This document shows, piece after piece, positions 1 to 14,065 of a DNA stretch of 64,000 bases. The first letter of the stretch is position 1; each line of letters opens with the position of its first letter. The notes under the pieces are model-generated. The model saw only the letters and a list, made by a program, of their open reading frames with translations, was not told the DNA's origin and did not search any database. This stretch comes from Mustelus asterias. Lineage: Eukaryota. The stretch is taken from positions 13,144,001-13,208,000 of the forward strand of contig NC_135820.1 in the NCBI RefSeq assembly GCF_964213995.1. Direction: 5' to 3'. Made by a program: the position numbers and the translations under genes.

Positions 1-124
1 CGTGAGACTGAAAAATCCTTGTTTGCGTTATTAACTACATATCATCACCTTACTAAATAAACATAGAAACAAGAAACACAAAGGTAACATCGGAAAATGT
101 GTTGCCAGTGTGTGTGCATCGTTT

Positions 125-470
125 TGGCGACACTGTGGCACAATGCTCAGCACTGCTGCCTCACGGCGAGAGGGAATGTAGTTCAATTTCGGCCTTGTGT
201 GAATTGACGAGTTTGTGCACGTTCACTGTCTATGCCTGGTTTGCCTCCGGGTGCTCGACGTTCCTCCCACTTTGCACAGATGTGCAGTCTAAACTGACTG
301 ACCATGGTAAATTGCCTTTGAGTGACACAGGATGAGCCGGTACTGGATCAGTGGGACAAATGCATGGGGTTATGGGGAAAGGGTGTTGGTGGAATGCACA
401 ATCGGAAAGTCAATACAGACTGGGTGGGCCGAAAAACCTCCTTCTATGCTTTAGCGATTCTACATTTGGA
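125..470 (+). mobile_element. Degenerate HE1-like tRNA-derived SINE
   Basis: Decayed head GGCGACACTGTGGCACAATGCTCAGCACTGCTGCCTCAC and body (CCTCCGGGTGCTC...TTCCTCCCAC) match the younger copies at 23941-24276 and 40338-40677. Confidence 0.75.
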
Positions 471-1379
471 ATGCATTGTTGTCCAAGAGAACCACAAAGG
501 TAGTGAACATCCTCAACGAATTTGTCTCTTCTTTGCTCAGTTGGAGTGGGAGGCGTCCAATATCTGAACCAGTGGAAGGATGCTAATTAAATTAGAACTT
601 CAATCAGTGCGGTATTCTGCTAGTTTCTGCCAGCATCTTGATGTGATCAACCATGAACACTGCAATGTCGGATGGTGAAGCACTCTGATGAATGACAATG
701 CTTTGACGGTGAAATTTGAGGCTTGATGTTGATCGCCAGGGACGAGAACCGTCTGGTTGTGTTATAGACAACAAGACATGGAGTGTGGGTAACCGGCAGC
801 ACATGTCGAATTGCGCAGGACGTCCAGAAACGGCAGTAAAATGAGTATTGAAATAATGGAGAATGCACAGCCAGGGGATCCATATACATCTCAGCAGTTT
901 TGAGCTGCAATTATGATTGTAGTGCATTTTTCGTCGTGCCAGAATGAAGGATATTTCCGAATGGCGATAGATGATCTTGGAAAGGGATGGACAGCATCAA
1001 CCTTCACGGAGCAACACATGTGTCAGTTCTTTTGGGAACGGTGTGCTGCAGGGTTGCGTTCAGAATTAAACGACCAAATCAAAACGGGGAATAATATCTG
1101 TTTCATTATATTAGAAATGCACCAAACAATAGATAGCTCAGCCAATTGGGCATATAGATATAACTGAGATTAAAGCATTAGTTGTGTTCAGCATTGAGTG
1201 TTGTGCAAATAAAGTTGACTTGATCGGAAACGGTTGAAATCTAGTAATGCAGCTGTTCATGCAACTAATTGACCCATTACTATTATATTGTGACACAGAA
1301 TTCGAAATGCAAATTAATGTACTGCCTCGTAATGCACTTTGCAAGTCCCACAGTTCAAAGCAATTGCGTAGATGAAATA

Positions 1380-1660
1380 CGGTAGCACAGTGGTTATCGA
1401 GGTTACTTCACAGCGCTTGTGGATCCGGGTTCGAGCCCGAGCGTACGTCACTGTTTCTGTGGAATTTGCACGTTCTTCCCGTGTCTGCGTGGCTTTCGTC
1501 CCGGTTCTCCAGTTTCCTCCAACATTCTTAAAGACGTAGTGGTTAGGTGCATTGACACACACAGACACTGGACTGTTACAACTCGGGAAATTTCACAGTA
1601 ACTTAATTACAGTGTTAATGTAAGACTTAATTGTGGCTAATCAATGAACTTCACTTTTAT
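1380..1660 (+). mobile_element. HE1-like SINE (variant tail)
   Basis: CGGTAGCACAGTGGTTA (A box), GGTTCGAGCCC (B box) and body GGAATTTGCACGTTCTTCCCGTGTCTGCGTGG. Confidence 0.8.
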
Positions 1661-2019
1661 CTTTCCCATTTAATTGACACACACCTCTCAACAAAGTATC
1701 TATGCATCGTTTAATGATACATTGTAACGTGTAATTGGAAAAGACAAATCTTTTCCGTTATGAATCCTGCAAGTAAATTCAGAATGGTGCAAGATATCCT
1801 GGATGGTGCCCTAAAAAGCACATGAATAGACAATTCAAATAAAAATTTGACACAGGGTTCTGGTGAAGGAAGATTGTGAAATCAATGAAAATCTCTGGAC
1901 AATTGAGATGTATAGATTTGGTTAGAGCGAAGCAGTGTTGGGCTGGAAGGAACAAAACATTTTTCGGAAATGAGTGCCAGATCAGAAAGCCCAAAAACCT
2001 CTTTGCTCTCGCAGGAGGT

Positions 2020-2560
2020 GATGGGAATTTGGCATGTCCACTACTGTTCTCAACAATATTTAAGGATGCAACATCAAAGACATCATTTCTGAATGTATCA
2101 CAGCTTGGTATTCCACCTGTCATGACGAGGACCGCAAGTAATTTAAAAGTGCTGTAAACAAGTCCGAGTACATCCCGAAAAGGAGCTTCCCATCCATTGA
2201 CGCTGTCTACACTTCTCTCTTTCTGAAATGAAACCAGCATCATCAAGGACTTTCTGCATACTTGACATGCGCTATTCCACCTTCGTATTGAGGAGAGAAT
2301 TTTCAAAGGTATGAGGCAACGTGCCAACCCACTGAAGAAAAGCTTCTTCGCTGCTGCCATCAGACGTTTGAGCATAACTACCATATACTATGTCATTCAC
2401 TCCTTACACTATGTCTCAAACTGTATTATGACATTCTGCACCCTCTCCTTTCCTTCAATATGGACAGTGTGCTTTGTCTGCATGGTGCAGAAAAATTAAT
2501 ACTTTCCACTGTATACCAATGCATGTGAGAATAATAAATCAAAGCAAATCAAAATCAAAG
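2020..2560 (+). mobile_element. 3' fragment of Rex1/Babar- or L2-like LINE
   Basis: Similar to 62380-62910 (AGCTTCTT..CTGCTG; AATACTTT.CACTGT..A.CAAT.CA.GTG..AATAA) and ends in an (AAATC)n-like tail. Confidence 0.65.
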
Positions 2561-3139
2561 AAGAGCAAATGAAACACTGTGTAAATAAACTGCTGTGCAA
2601 AGTAGGGTCAAAAGTACGTCACAAGCCTTGAATGTAATTCTACAAGGTCATGGCAGATCTTGTGTTTGAAATTCGTTATTGCCATCTACTGCCAAAAACA
2701 CTGCGTCCCTCATAGAACCAGGACATATGTACTACAGCCGGCAAACAAATGACTCATTATTACATGACAAAATTCTTGTTGATTGCCAGAATGTTACTGT
2801 AATATTTGAGATGATGTGGACGTTCCATTTACATTGGAACAAAGCATAGTGTGAAGTCATGTGAATGCAATCTTCCAGAAGGCCTTCTTGAGAGTTCCAT
2901 AGAAATTATATTTTTAATGGAACAACTTAAGTAAGCAACTTAAGATGTAATGTTGTCCAATGACGTTGGTTAATTAAAAAAAAGAATCATTCAGTAATAT
3001 CTGCAGGAACTGCCATCATGATCCATTATTTACTTCGAGGAAATGTCGTCCGAGTCCCACAAAGAAGCATGACGGATCAAAACACAACACTGTGGACGCT
3101 GGGAATCGGAAAGGAAATCAGAAAAAGTTGTAAAACTCT

Positions 3140-3425
3140 GAAGTGTATTTATTATTGCCATAAGTAGGCTTACATAATTACTGAAACAAAGTTACTGTTA
3201 AAATCACCTGATTACCACAATCCAGCGCCTGTCCAGGTCAATGCACCAAACCAGGACGTGTTTCAGAATGTGGGAGGAAACGCGTAGCAAACCCACGTCG
3301 ACAAGGGGAGAACGTGCAAACTCCATGCAGACAGTCGGATTCCAAGCCGGAATCGAACCCAGGTCCCAGACGCTGTGAGACAGCAGTGCTAAGCTCTGTG
3401 CCACCGTGCCGCCCCCGTGCTGCCC
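3140..3425 (-). mobile_element. HE1-like SINE
   Basis: Minus strand reads GGCGGCACGGTGGCACAGAGCTTAGCACTGCTG...GGTTCGATTCCGG, with the same tail type as 1380-1660. Confidence 0.85.
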
Positions 3426-4229
3426 TTATGAGCCATATGGACTCGATGTTTTAAACTGTCTTTCTCTTGTCAATAAACAAGTGCTTAAGTCATCTGTCAA
3501 TGTATTATCAGACTTCATAAATACGATATAGATTTAAGTCAGCTTAAAATGTCACAACTCTCGTTGGATTCATGTTAAACAAAGTGGTTTGCAGATTTGT
3601 GCCTTTTGTTTTCCGTTTGAACGGCGCTTCTATTCTGCTGAAAGATAGGTTACAGCGGGAAAAGGAAACACGAACTTGAGAATGAATGAAATATTTCTCA
3701 GTAATCAGGGGCCACTTGTACGGAAATTAGCCTCTCCTGCAAAAATAAATCGGAAACCAGAATGGAAGGAGCTTCGCAGGGCAACCATGAAAATCTGACA
3801 CAGTTTTCGGAGCAGAAAATCCATCTAATTGAGCATTGGGCAAAAAGGGAAGCGCCGGGAAAAAAAAAGCAAATAGCTAGCTGAGGTATGTCCGGAAGCT
3901 GGAATAAATTTAGCATTCGTTTGAATTGAAGGGGCACAGGCAATTGGAGCCGGTACAGGTTACTCTTCCATGAGATCACAGTCAGAACTGAGAAAAAGTT
4001 GGTTGCGAGGAACCAATAATCTGAAAATTATTGCAGCATCTGAAGCGATAATTAAAGCAATTAGCAGCAAGATTTCTGAGAGATTGTGTCCAATCCACAT
4101 GACACTAAGGGGCAAATTAACATTATCAGTCAGCGCAACACCCATGTATTTGGACATCTGTGATCCTCCAAACTCTTCCACACTTATGCGGACACGTGGG
4201 AGTAAAAGGGGAAAATTCGTAATTCTAAT

Positions 4230-4345
4230 TATTAATTGATATAATTATGTAATTCATATAATTTATAGTTTTAATGATAATTTATATAATTACAATTATA
4301 CAATTATAATTATATAATATAATTTATACAATTTATAATTAGATA
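4230..4345. repeat. AT-rich low-complexity repeat
   Basis: Repeated TATAAT/TACAAT units. Confidence 0.85.
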
Positions 4346-5972
4346 TTTAAGACTCAAGGCATAACAAGTTGTTTAAACAACTGATTATCAGCGTTGATCA
4401 TTATATTTCAAACTTTTCTGAAAGAAAAAAGTAAATGTTACGTGATGTTGAACCATGGTTCCATTCTGGGATTATTCAGACGTCGGCTGACATCAGCCCT
4501 GTTCGCAAAACACTCTCCACTGCCACTGCCGCAGCAGCTGAGCTTTGGCAACATATTAATTTGTGCAAGAAGGCAGTTTTTTTTTATTGGACCAAAATAG
4601 ATTATGACCAATCTGCAATTGAATACAATTTGAGAACAAAAAAAACAACTAATATATCAATTATATTCTGAATGAAAACAAAGAAAAATCTCAGCAGTGA
4701 GGTACCATTTTGGATCCCTTAGGAACTGCATTGGAGAAATGATTGAATTAAGAGACATAAACATGCTCCGAACGCATTCCTGTGTATGGAAATTCCGTCC
4801 ATTCACAAGGAACAAAACGATCAGCAATTGTGTCAGAAATGAAAATAAATATAAAATATGCGAGAGAAATAGGCACTGATACAGAAAAAAGAAATACATT
4901 ATGAAATCCTCTCCAGTGGGCAGAGTGTAGCAGGACTAATATTTGATCAATTTGAGGTAGGTATTGGGGAAGACAATATCCCGGGAAGCAAACAAGTGGC
5001 AGAGCCATCGCACAAGTTTTTTTTTCCACGTGTATTTTGGAAGAACACACATATTACACACAGGAAGTGTCGATAATGCCACATGTTACCGTGCACTATT
5101 CATGATTTCCTGCGATTAACTTAAGTAGAATTAATACACAGATGGAAATTTGAGAATCGCCAAACTCTCTCAGCGTCATCATTCACCACATCAGCTGTTG
5201 TACCATTTCCTACCAACATCATCTTGTTTCAAACTGGATAGCGACATCAATGAACAATACACCGGTGTTAACGTTATCTTGTTACAGACACCCTAGGTTG
5301 GACACAAATGTGTGGAAGATAACAAATGTAATAGAGCGATTTTGTGTAAAACAAATCGAGTATTGCATGCAGCCTGCAGATAGTGAGATTGAAATTACTA
5401 AAACTCGCAGGAACTGAACAGAAACGCTAATAGAATCATACGTTTGCAGACACGAAACATTGGGAAGGAGAGATGTTCCGAACATTTTTTTCATGGCAAG
5501 GTAAAGTACATTGTAACAGGAAAGAAATACAGAAATTATGTCCCCCAAATTTATGCCACTGTGTTTTCCCTCTCCCAGATAGAGAGACATGTCAAAATCA
5601 TGTTATTTCTTGTTTTGGCCCGACTCAATATAGAATAAATACGTTTATTGGGATACCGAGCGAATAGACATCTTGCTTTTCTTCAGCTAAGTTGACATAA
5701 TCCATCTCACGATTGAACAATCACGTTTCTAAACTCGTACCTGTTTCTGTCCCACCTTACAGACAAATCGTATATTTGCAAAGTCAAAAGAGGAATATAA
5801 TGTACGCCCTCCAATCCTTAGACAGATACATCCTCGTCATTGAAGCCAATGTTTACTCTACTATATAACGCTTTAGTCTAAAATGTTTTACTCTGTAAAC
5901 AATCAATCCAGCAATCACTCAATCAATCAATCGAACTACCTATCCTCCTATTCGCACAATTATCCATTCATG

Positions 5973-6195
5973 NNNNNNNNNNNNNNNNNNNNNNNNNNNN
6001 NNNNNNNNNNNNNNNNNNNNNNNNNNNNNNNNNNNNNNNNNNNNNNNNNNNNNNNNNNNNNNNNNNNNNNNNNNNNNNNNNNNNNNNNNNNNNNNNNNNN
6101 NNNNNNNNNNNNNNNNNNNNNNNNNNNNNNNNNNNNNNNNNNNNNNNNNNNNNNNNNNNNNNNNNNNNNNNNNNNNNNNNNNNNNNNNNNNNNNN
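5973..6195. other. Assembly gap
   Basis: Run of N. Confidence 1.
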
Positions 6196-6779
6196 TATTA
6201 TATTTCCCAGTCAAACTGATCGTAACCAGTGGAATTTTAAATATGTTTATTGAAGACCAGTTAACACAAACTGAGAGGTGCAACGATCATTGTATTTTTT
6301 TTGTGTGTGTTCATTAACTCTTCAACACTTCTTGGCTTGTTACCTGCCAGTTTTATATTTTCCTCGGAATTTATGCCCAATGACATTCAAATCATTATTA
6401 TTATCATTTTACCAGTGGTAAGGCAGGTCATTATTGCGAGAAGTTATTTCAGTATTGCACGGACGTTCGTGGCTGTTCAATAAATGCTGCTGAAGTGCAT
6501 GGAAAATGTGTTCCTTTAAGTCTTTCGTATTCCACAGCTGTGCAAGCCTCCAGATTTACGAGTCACAAGACACTAATTTGCTTTCCTTGCAGTTGCATAC
6601 GAATTATAATGTGTGGCATAGGAAAAAAACGCATAATTAAAGTTTTCAAAAGTATAAATATCGACGTTTATAGAGGTGCACTGCTACGATTAATTCACAA
6701 AATTTGTGGAAAGGTGAAATGAGCAGTTAAAAATGCATCTGACATGCTGGCATGTCTTCCAAATTAATTTGATCATTTT

Positions 6780-7500
6780 TGAATTTGGCCAAGGTAAGGA
6801 TGAGTTATTTCACTTCAGGTATGATACAAATGACCAATTAGGCAGTTTGTAACAAACTAAGTATATTTAAGAACATTGTAACATTTATTGGAATAAAATT
6901 AGCCATAACGTGGATGAATTATAAACAGAATAGAAAAGAAAGATCATGTAAAACCCTTAACTTGTTATGTTCCAACCTAACAAAACTTGATTTCGACAGC
7001 AAAAAAACCCAATACTCAGGATTAAAACAGCAACATTTAATGTTCACGTGATACTGGAATTGAGTTATTTTTTGATTATTTGAATCTCTGACTCCTTAGC
7101 ATGCAACTTCCAGCAGCCCTCTGGATACATTCAGACTGTTTGAAGCAGAGTAGCTTCCCTTAACATCAGACAGAGACTCTGGTCAAGCCACCAACAGCAA
7201 GATGTTCTACTCCAGGAAGCCAAGAAGCCATGCTTTCAACGAAGAAGCAAAATATCCAAAACCACGGAGAGAGAGCAACAATTCTTTTCAGCTTGATTTC
7301 GGTTCTAAAACTAAACGGCTACAAGTCAAAACAGAATTTGAAACCTTGAATTCACGATGAAGAAAAAAAAAAGTCCAAACAAACACGACCTCCAACTCGT
7401 CTTCCTCCGAATAATACAGGGTCTGAAAGAACCCCGAGTTCAAAAGCAAGATCTGGACACTTAAGGAACTACATACCTAATTTAAAGGTACCCTATCAAG
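6780..7500. mobile_element. Possible degenerate solo LTR (Gypsy-type)
   Basis: Non-coding and resembles shark LTR repeats as I recall them. No TG...CA termini or TSD could be confirmed. Confidence 0.25.
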
Positions 7501-8324
7501 ATTGTTTGATATACCTCTCCGTCAATGTCGATGGAAATTAACCATATCCTCTCTTGCGCTTACGTGAACTGGGAGCGCTCCCCTTGCAAACTTGCATTGT
7601 GCTGGAAGGCTCGTGAAAGGGAAATATCGGCAGATTTTTTTCTCCCTGTACCTGACTTCTTGTCAAAACGGCTATTGTTTCTGCATGATGGTTCATCTGC
7701 TAGGACTGAGATGAAGAGAAACTTTCACGTAAAATATTGTGCTAAAGTCTCTGCGCAATGGTCTGTAAATCCATTCATAATTTTGCCCGAATATTGCTGC
7801 TCTGTGTGCATGACGCTGTTGAGCATACATACGATAATATATTTCCAATGGTTGTGTTGCGATATACAATCGATAGGGATACTATAAAATATGAAGCTGG
7901 ACATTTAACAAGGCGACTGATCTGCAACGATGCTATCATTGGGTATTACGCATCATAGGAGGAGACATAAATCGTTTTTGTGCTCTGGGACAACTTATAT
8001 TACAGGTAAACAATTAGGACACATTGTACATACATACCTTTCACTTTTTCGCTCAGCATCACGTCTGATAAGTAAACATACACCAGGATTGATAGAGCAC
8101 CAAAGACAAGTCAATGTTTTTTTTTCGTGCATCTTTGATATTCCCGCCAGATGTACTTGCTGCTAATGATAATAATTTTCACAGTATGGATGTATATTTC
8201 CCTTCCTTTTACCAAAATGCTGGGGCCCATCTGAAATAAAGTTCTAATTAAGCTTGCAGGGAGGGGAGAAGCCTAGAAATGACAAATACAGTACTTTGCA
8301 TGGTAAACAAATTGTACTGTCAAC

Positions 8325-8480
8325 ATACAAAGAACAAAGAACAAAGAACAATACAGCACAGGAACAGGCCCTTCGGCCCTCCAAGCCCGCGCCGCTCCAC
8401 GGTCCAGGATTGAATCCTGAATCCAGGATCCCCGCCCAATTTTCCAGCCTATCTACATACCAATATCCTATCCACCGTAT
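8325..8480 (-). mobile_element. Short CR1 LINE 3'-end fragment
   Basis: (ACAAAGA)n tail plus ATACAGCACAGGAACAGGCCCTTCGGCCC, the reverse complement of the CR1 tail at 58120-58180. Confidence 0.85.
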
Positions 8481-9002
8481 TGAATGCATTTGTCTGCAAC
8501 TCCCCGATAATGTTGTCTCCCAATTTCCACCGATTGATTATGATTTGAGTACCATTGATTGACACAAAACATTTCCCCGTTCTACATGCGTCCGTTTCAA
8601 CTGCCATCGAAAAATGTATCAGCATTGTGTCTTTTGCATTTGATGCTCTGGGGAAAATTGTCAATGTGAATTTGGGTGACGCTTTGATTTTGTGTCTGTG
8701 CGTATATGTCTTTATTCAACTGTGATTAATGGAAATATTGCACATCACAGAGTCGGAAAATGTGCGGTAAGTTAGCCAGATGTACCCCTCTGAAATGAGA
8801 GTCTGTATTGAAGTGGATTTACAAGTAAATAACTTGGAATTAAACATGTAGATTCACGGTTATATAAGGATCTGAACGTTCAGCTGCTAAATTTCAGAGG
8901 CAAGGTTAAGGAATGTTTGCAAAATACAATGCTTTCAGAAGAAATATTTATTGCATAATCTGGCAGCCGAAATGTGAGGACATTTTTGTGCGTGTGTGTG
9001 TG

Positions 9003-9092
9003 GCGGAGAGGGAGGGGTGCGGGGGGTGGGGGGGGGGGTGGGGTGGGGGGGGGGGGCGGGTGGGGGGGGGGGGGGTGGGTGGGTGGGGGGGG
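9003..9092 (+). repeat. G-rich low-complexity tract (G-quadruplex prone)
   Basis: Many G runs of 3 to more than 10 nt separated by single T or C. Confidence 0.85.
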
Positions 9093-9747
9093 CATTCGTT
9101 CTCTGTGCTGAGAGAATGTGTGGCTTCAGAAGTAACAATCCAGAAGGAATAAAACGTTTCAGAAGGAACTATGCTTTTTTAACTTTCTTGGATTTCCTCG
9201 CAACTGAAGGTTATCACGGTGACAGCTGATATACCTTTATTCACGTTACATTAACCTTGATATCGGTGATATTTCTGGATTTTTTATCATTACATTTTAC
9301 ATGAGAACTGTTGACGAGAACGGGCGACTAATTGCTGTTTCGTGATATACTTTGTAAGAATTTCAACTGTTCAACAGCAAACTGGCTATAATTATTCGAA
9401 ATATACCTCTTTTGTCCCACTTTTTTAAAAAACCCCAAACATACGATTCTGATCAAGAAGTCAACTTTCCCTCTGAGATGTTGTTGCACAGCAAATGACA
9501 TCTGCTCTCGTCATAAAAACTGTACCATTTTGTCCATGCCTGGTTGTTGCCTCATGAGCCATTATGCAGAGTCACCTCACTGTAAGGTCAACACTTACTG
9601 GAAGGAAGAGGAGGATTATGAAGATGGAATAATCACCTGGGACATCGTACTGCTATTCCGGATGTGCAACATCACCAGCTAAAGAAACAATAAGTGCAGT
9701 GCCAGTGGCTCACATATTAACAACTCTCTGTTTGACCTAGTAGGGTA

Positions 9748-10010
9748 TTCCCGGCTTGGGTCACTGTCTGTGTGGAGTTTTCACATTCTCCCCGTGTCTG
9801 CGTGGGTTTCCTCCGGGTGCTCCTGTTTCCTCCCACAGTCCACAGATGTGCTGGTTAGGTTGATTGGCCATGCTAAAATTGCCCCATGGTGTCCTGAGAT
9901 CTGTAGGTTAGAGGAATTAGTGGTTAATATGTAAGGATATGGGGTAGAGTCTGGGTGGGAATATGGTCGGTGCACATTCGATGGGCCAAATGACCTCTAT
10001 CTATCTGTGG
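9748..10010 (+). mobile_element. 5'-truncated HE1-like SINE
   Basis: TTCCCGGCTTGGGTCACTGTCTGTGTGGAG...GGGTTTCCTCCGGGTGCTCC body. Confidence 0.85.
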
Positions 10011-10522
10011 TATATGCCAATGTTAAAAAAAAATGAAAGTCCACAGAAAACAATTTGGGAAATTGGTAAAACATATCAAAAAGGTCAGTGATTCCACTTC
10101 ATGTTTGCAGCAAAGTCTCTGTGACAACACCACCTGATCAGTGCTGCCTGTGTGCAGTAGTCGCTGCCACAATTCTTAAGGCAAGTTACCTAATTCTAAT
10201 GTGCTGGGACACTACATGTCGCTTTGCAGGACTCTTCACAGCTACGGTCGAATGTAGCATTCCTTGACTCAGTAACCTTGGCTTGGACTTCTGTTGATCT
10301 TTATGAATGCCATCCAGATGTCATTCATACATCTGTGATTTTAAGAAAACAAACAAACTCCGTTCTTTCTTGAACAATTGTGGGACCTGGTCATTCGTCC
10401 TCAATTTGTACTGATAAACAAACAAAATACGGGTGGAAGTCTCGGCAATCTGCAGATCGCAGAGGTCAGGAACATTCTGCCAGGTCTGTCATGAATAAAA
10501 ACATTGCATGTGCGAATCATCA

Positions 10523-13500
10523 GACGTTCCAGATTAATCCTGGATCATTGGGACCTCTTCAGGGGCAGGTGCTTCCTGTCCAAAAAGAATGGGTTTCACT
10601 TAAATCACAGGGGGACCAATATCCTGGCGGGAAGGTTTGCTAAGGCTACTGGGGAGTTTTTAAACTAGCATGGTTGGGGGTGGGAATCAAAATGAGGTGA
10701 CTGGGGGAGAAGATGTTAGTTTAAAAATAAAAGGGGCTTGTAGACAGTGTGAGAGGGAAGATACACAGGTGACGGAGAAGGGGAGCGCTCAGAACGAAGG
10801 GTTGAGATGTGTTTATTTTAACTCAAGGAGTGTAGTGAAAAAAATGGATGAGCTAAGAGCGTGGATCACTACTTGGAAGTGTGATGTGGTGGCCATTACA
10901 TAGACTTGGTTATCTCAGGGACAGGACTGGATACTGCAAGTGCTGGGTTTCAGATTCTTCAGGAGGGACAGGGCAGGAGGCAAAAGAGGTGGGGGAGTGG
11001 CACTGTTGAGCAGGGATAGTGTCACGGCTGTAGAAAAGTTGGATGCCACAGAGGGATTGTATACGGAAACGCTGTGGGTGGAGGTCCGCAACAGGAAGGG
11101 GTCAATAACTTTACTGGGTGTTTTCTATAGGCCGCCCAATAGGAGCAGGGATGTGGAGGAGCAGATTGGGAAGCAGATCCTCGAGAGATGTGATAATAGC
11201 AGAGTGGTCGTGATGGGAGATTTTAATTTCCCAAATATCGATTGGAATATCCCCAGGGTTAGGGATTTAGATGGGGAGGAGTTTGTTCGGTGTGTTCAGG
11301 AGGACTTCCTGACACAGTATGTGGATAAGCCTACAAGAGGAGAGGCTGTACTTGATTTGGTATTAGGGAATGAACTTGGGCATGTGTCAGATCTCTCAGT
11401 GGGAAAGCAGTTTGGGGATAGTGACCATAACTCTATCTCCTTTACATTAGCACTGGAGAGAGATAGGATCAGTCAAGCGTGGAAAGTGTTTATTTGGAGT
11501 AAGGGCAATTATGAGGCTATTAGGCAGGAAATTAGAGGCATAAATTCGAAGGACGTTTACTCAGGGAAATGTACAGAAGAAATGTGGCAAATTTTCAAGG
11601 ACCATTTGACTGGAGCTCTGCACAGCAACGGTCCAATGAGACAGGGGAGATATGGTAGGTTACAGGAACCATGGTGCACGAAAGCTGTAACGAATTTAGT
11701 CAAGAAGAAAAGAAAAGCCTACAAAAGGTTCAGGGAGCTGGGTAATGTTAGAAATCTAGAAGAGAATACGACGAGTAGGAAGGAACTGAAGAAGGAAATT
11801 AGAAGAGCAAGAAGGGGTCATGAGAAGCCCTTGGGAGACAGGATAAAGGAAAACCCCTAGGCATTCTACAAGTATGTTAAGACCAAGAAGATAAGATGTG
11901 AAGGGCTGGGACCTAACAAATGTGACGGTGGGTAAGTCTGTATAGAACCAGTAGAAATAGCAGAGGAACTCAATGAATACTTTACTTCAGTCTTCACAGT
12001 GGAAAAGGATCTTGGTAGTTGCAGTGCAGACTTGCAGTGGACTAGGAAGATTGGGCATGTGGACATTAGGAACGAGCATGTATTGTAGCTTTTGAAAAGC
12101 ATCAAGTTAGATAAATCGACGGGAGCGGATGGGGTGTACCCCAGATTACTGTGGGAGGCGAGGGAAGGGATTGCTGAGTCTCTGGCGATGTTCTTTGCGT
12201 CATCATTGGAGACGGGAGTGGTTCCGGAGGATTGGAGGATTGCGGATGTGGTTCCGTTTTTCAAAAAAGGGAGAAGAGATAATCCGGGAAATTATAGACC
12301 AGTGAGTCTCACCTCAGTGGTTGGTAAGTTGATGGAGAAGATCCTGTGAGGCAGGATTTATGAACATCTGGAGAGGAATAGTATGATCAGAAATAGCCAG
12401 CACGCCTTTGTCCAAGGCAGATCATGCCATACGAGCCTATTTGAATTTTTTGAAGATGTAACTAGGCACATAGACGAGGGAAGAGTGGTAGATGTAGTAT
12501 AAATGGATTTCAGCAAGGCGTTTGATAAGGTGCCCCATGCAAGGCCTATTGAGAAAGTGAAGGGGCATGGGATAAAAGGGGACATTGCCTTGTGGATTCA
12601 GAACTGGCTTGCCCACAGAAGGCAAAGAGTGGTTGTAGATGGGTCTTTTTCAGCAAGGATGTCGGTCACCAGTGGAGTGCCCCAGGGATCTGCTCTAGGA
12701 CCCTTGCTCTTTGTGATTTTTATAAATGAACTGAATGAGGAAGTGGAAGGATGGGTTGGCAAGTTTACTGATGACACAAAGGTTGCTGGTGTTGTGGATA
12801 GTGTAGAGGGATGTCAGCAGTTGAAACGAAACATAGTTAGGATGCAAGACTGGGCGGAGAAGTGGCAGAATGACTTCAACCCAGATAAGTGTGTGGTGGT
12901 TCATTTTGACAGGTCGAATAGGATGAAATAACATAATATTAAGGGTAAGACGCTTGGCAGTGTGGAAGATCAGAAGGATCTTGGGGTCCGGGTTCATAGG
13001 ACGCTCAAAGCAGCGTCGCAGGGAGAGGCTATGGTTAAAAAGGCGTATGGAATACTGGCCTTCGTCAATAGAGGAAATGAGTTTCGAAATCAGGAGATAA
13101 TGCTGCAGTTGTATAGGATCCTGGTCAGATGCCACCTGGAGTATTGTGCCCAGTTCTGGTCGCCTCATTACAGAAATGACATGGAAGACATAGAAAGGGT
13201 GCAGAGGAGATTTACAGGGATGTTGCCTGGATTAGGTGGCATGCCTTATGAAGATAGGTTGAGAAAGCTCGGTCTTTTCTTCTTGGAGAAGCGAGGATGA
13301 GAGGTGACCTGATAGAGTTGTATAAGATGTTGAGAGGTATTGATAGAGTGGATTCTCAGAGGCTTTTATACAGGGCTGAAATGGTTGCCACATGAGGTCG
13401 CAGGTTTCGGGTGCTGGGGAGTAGGTACAGAGGACATGTTCGGGGTAGGTTTTTCACTCAGAGGGTGGTGGGTGCGTGGAATCGGCTGCCGTAGTGGTGG

Positions 13501-13671
13501 TGGAGGCGGATTCGATAGGGTCTTTTAAGAGACTTTTGGATAAGTTCATGGAAGTTAGTAAGATAGAGAGATATAGGTACGCCTAGTTGGTAGGGACATG
13601 TTCGGCGCAACTTGTGGGCCGAAGGGTCTGTTTGTGCTGTAGCTTTTCTATGTTCTATATTCTATGTTCTA
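10523..13671 (+). mobile_element. CR1 LINE, 5'-truncated: end of ORF1, disrupted ORF2 (APE endonuclease + RT), 3' UTR
   Basis: GGGVAL, YRPP, MGDFN and SDHN (endonuclease). NYRPVSLTS, DFSKAFD, GVPQGS and FTDD (RT). HLEYCAQFWSP. (TTCTATG)n tail. Several stops. Confidence 0.97.
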
Positions 13672-13812
13672 ATCCGTACGTGACACCATATCAATACTCG
13701 TCTTCCATCTCTTGAAAACTTCTTGGCCCATACCTTCTTTATTCCACATTTGTCAGGTACCCGAATGCTATGCTGGGGAAGACTTCTGTAAAATTCCCTC
13801 CAAATTGATAAA

Positions 13813-14065
13813 CGGCTTGGGTCAATGGCTGTGTGGAGTTTGCATGTTCTGCCTGTGTCTGCGTGGTTTTCCTCCGGGTGCTCAATTTCCCTTCCACAGT
13901 CGAAAAGACGTGTTGTTTTACTGTATTGGCCATGCTGAATTTTCTCTCAATATACCCAGAGAGGGGCCGGAGTGTGGCGACGAGAGGACTTTCGCAGTAA
14001 CTTCATTTCAATGTTCATGGAAGCCTGCTTGTGACGAATGCAGAAATAAACTTCAAAACTTCAAA
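13813..14065 (+). mobile_element. Truncated HE1-like SINE (variant tail)
   Basis: GGCTTGGGTCA...TGTGGAGTTTGCATGTTCT...CCTCCGGGTGCTC. Confidence 0.8.

Noticed and set aside
7525-8166. Possible GPCR pseudogene remnant
   Set aside because: Only a vague resemblance. No DRY/NPxxY-type motifs or TM series in any frame I could read.
8880-9229. Pro-rich and Gly-rich ORFs
   Set aside because: They are translations of the low-complexity G tract.
11866-13168. Minus-strand ORFs over CR1 (also 60362-61664)
   Set aside because: Antisense shadows of CR1 ORF2.
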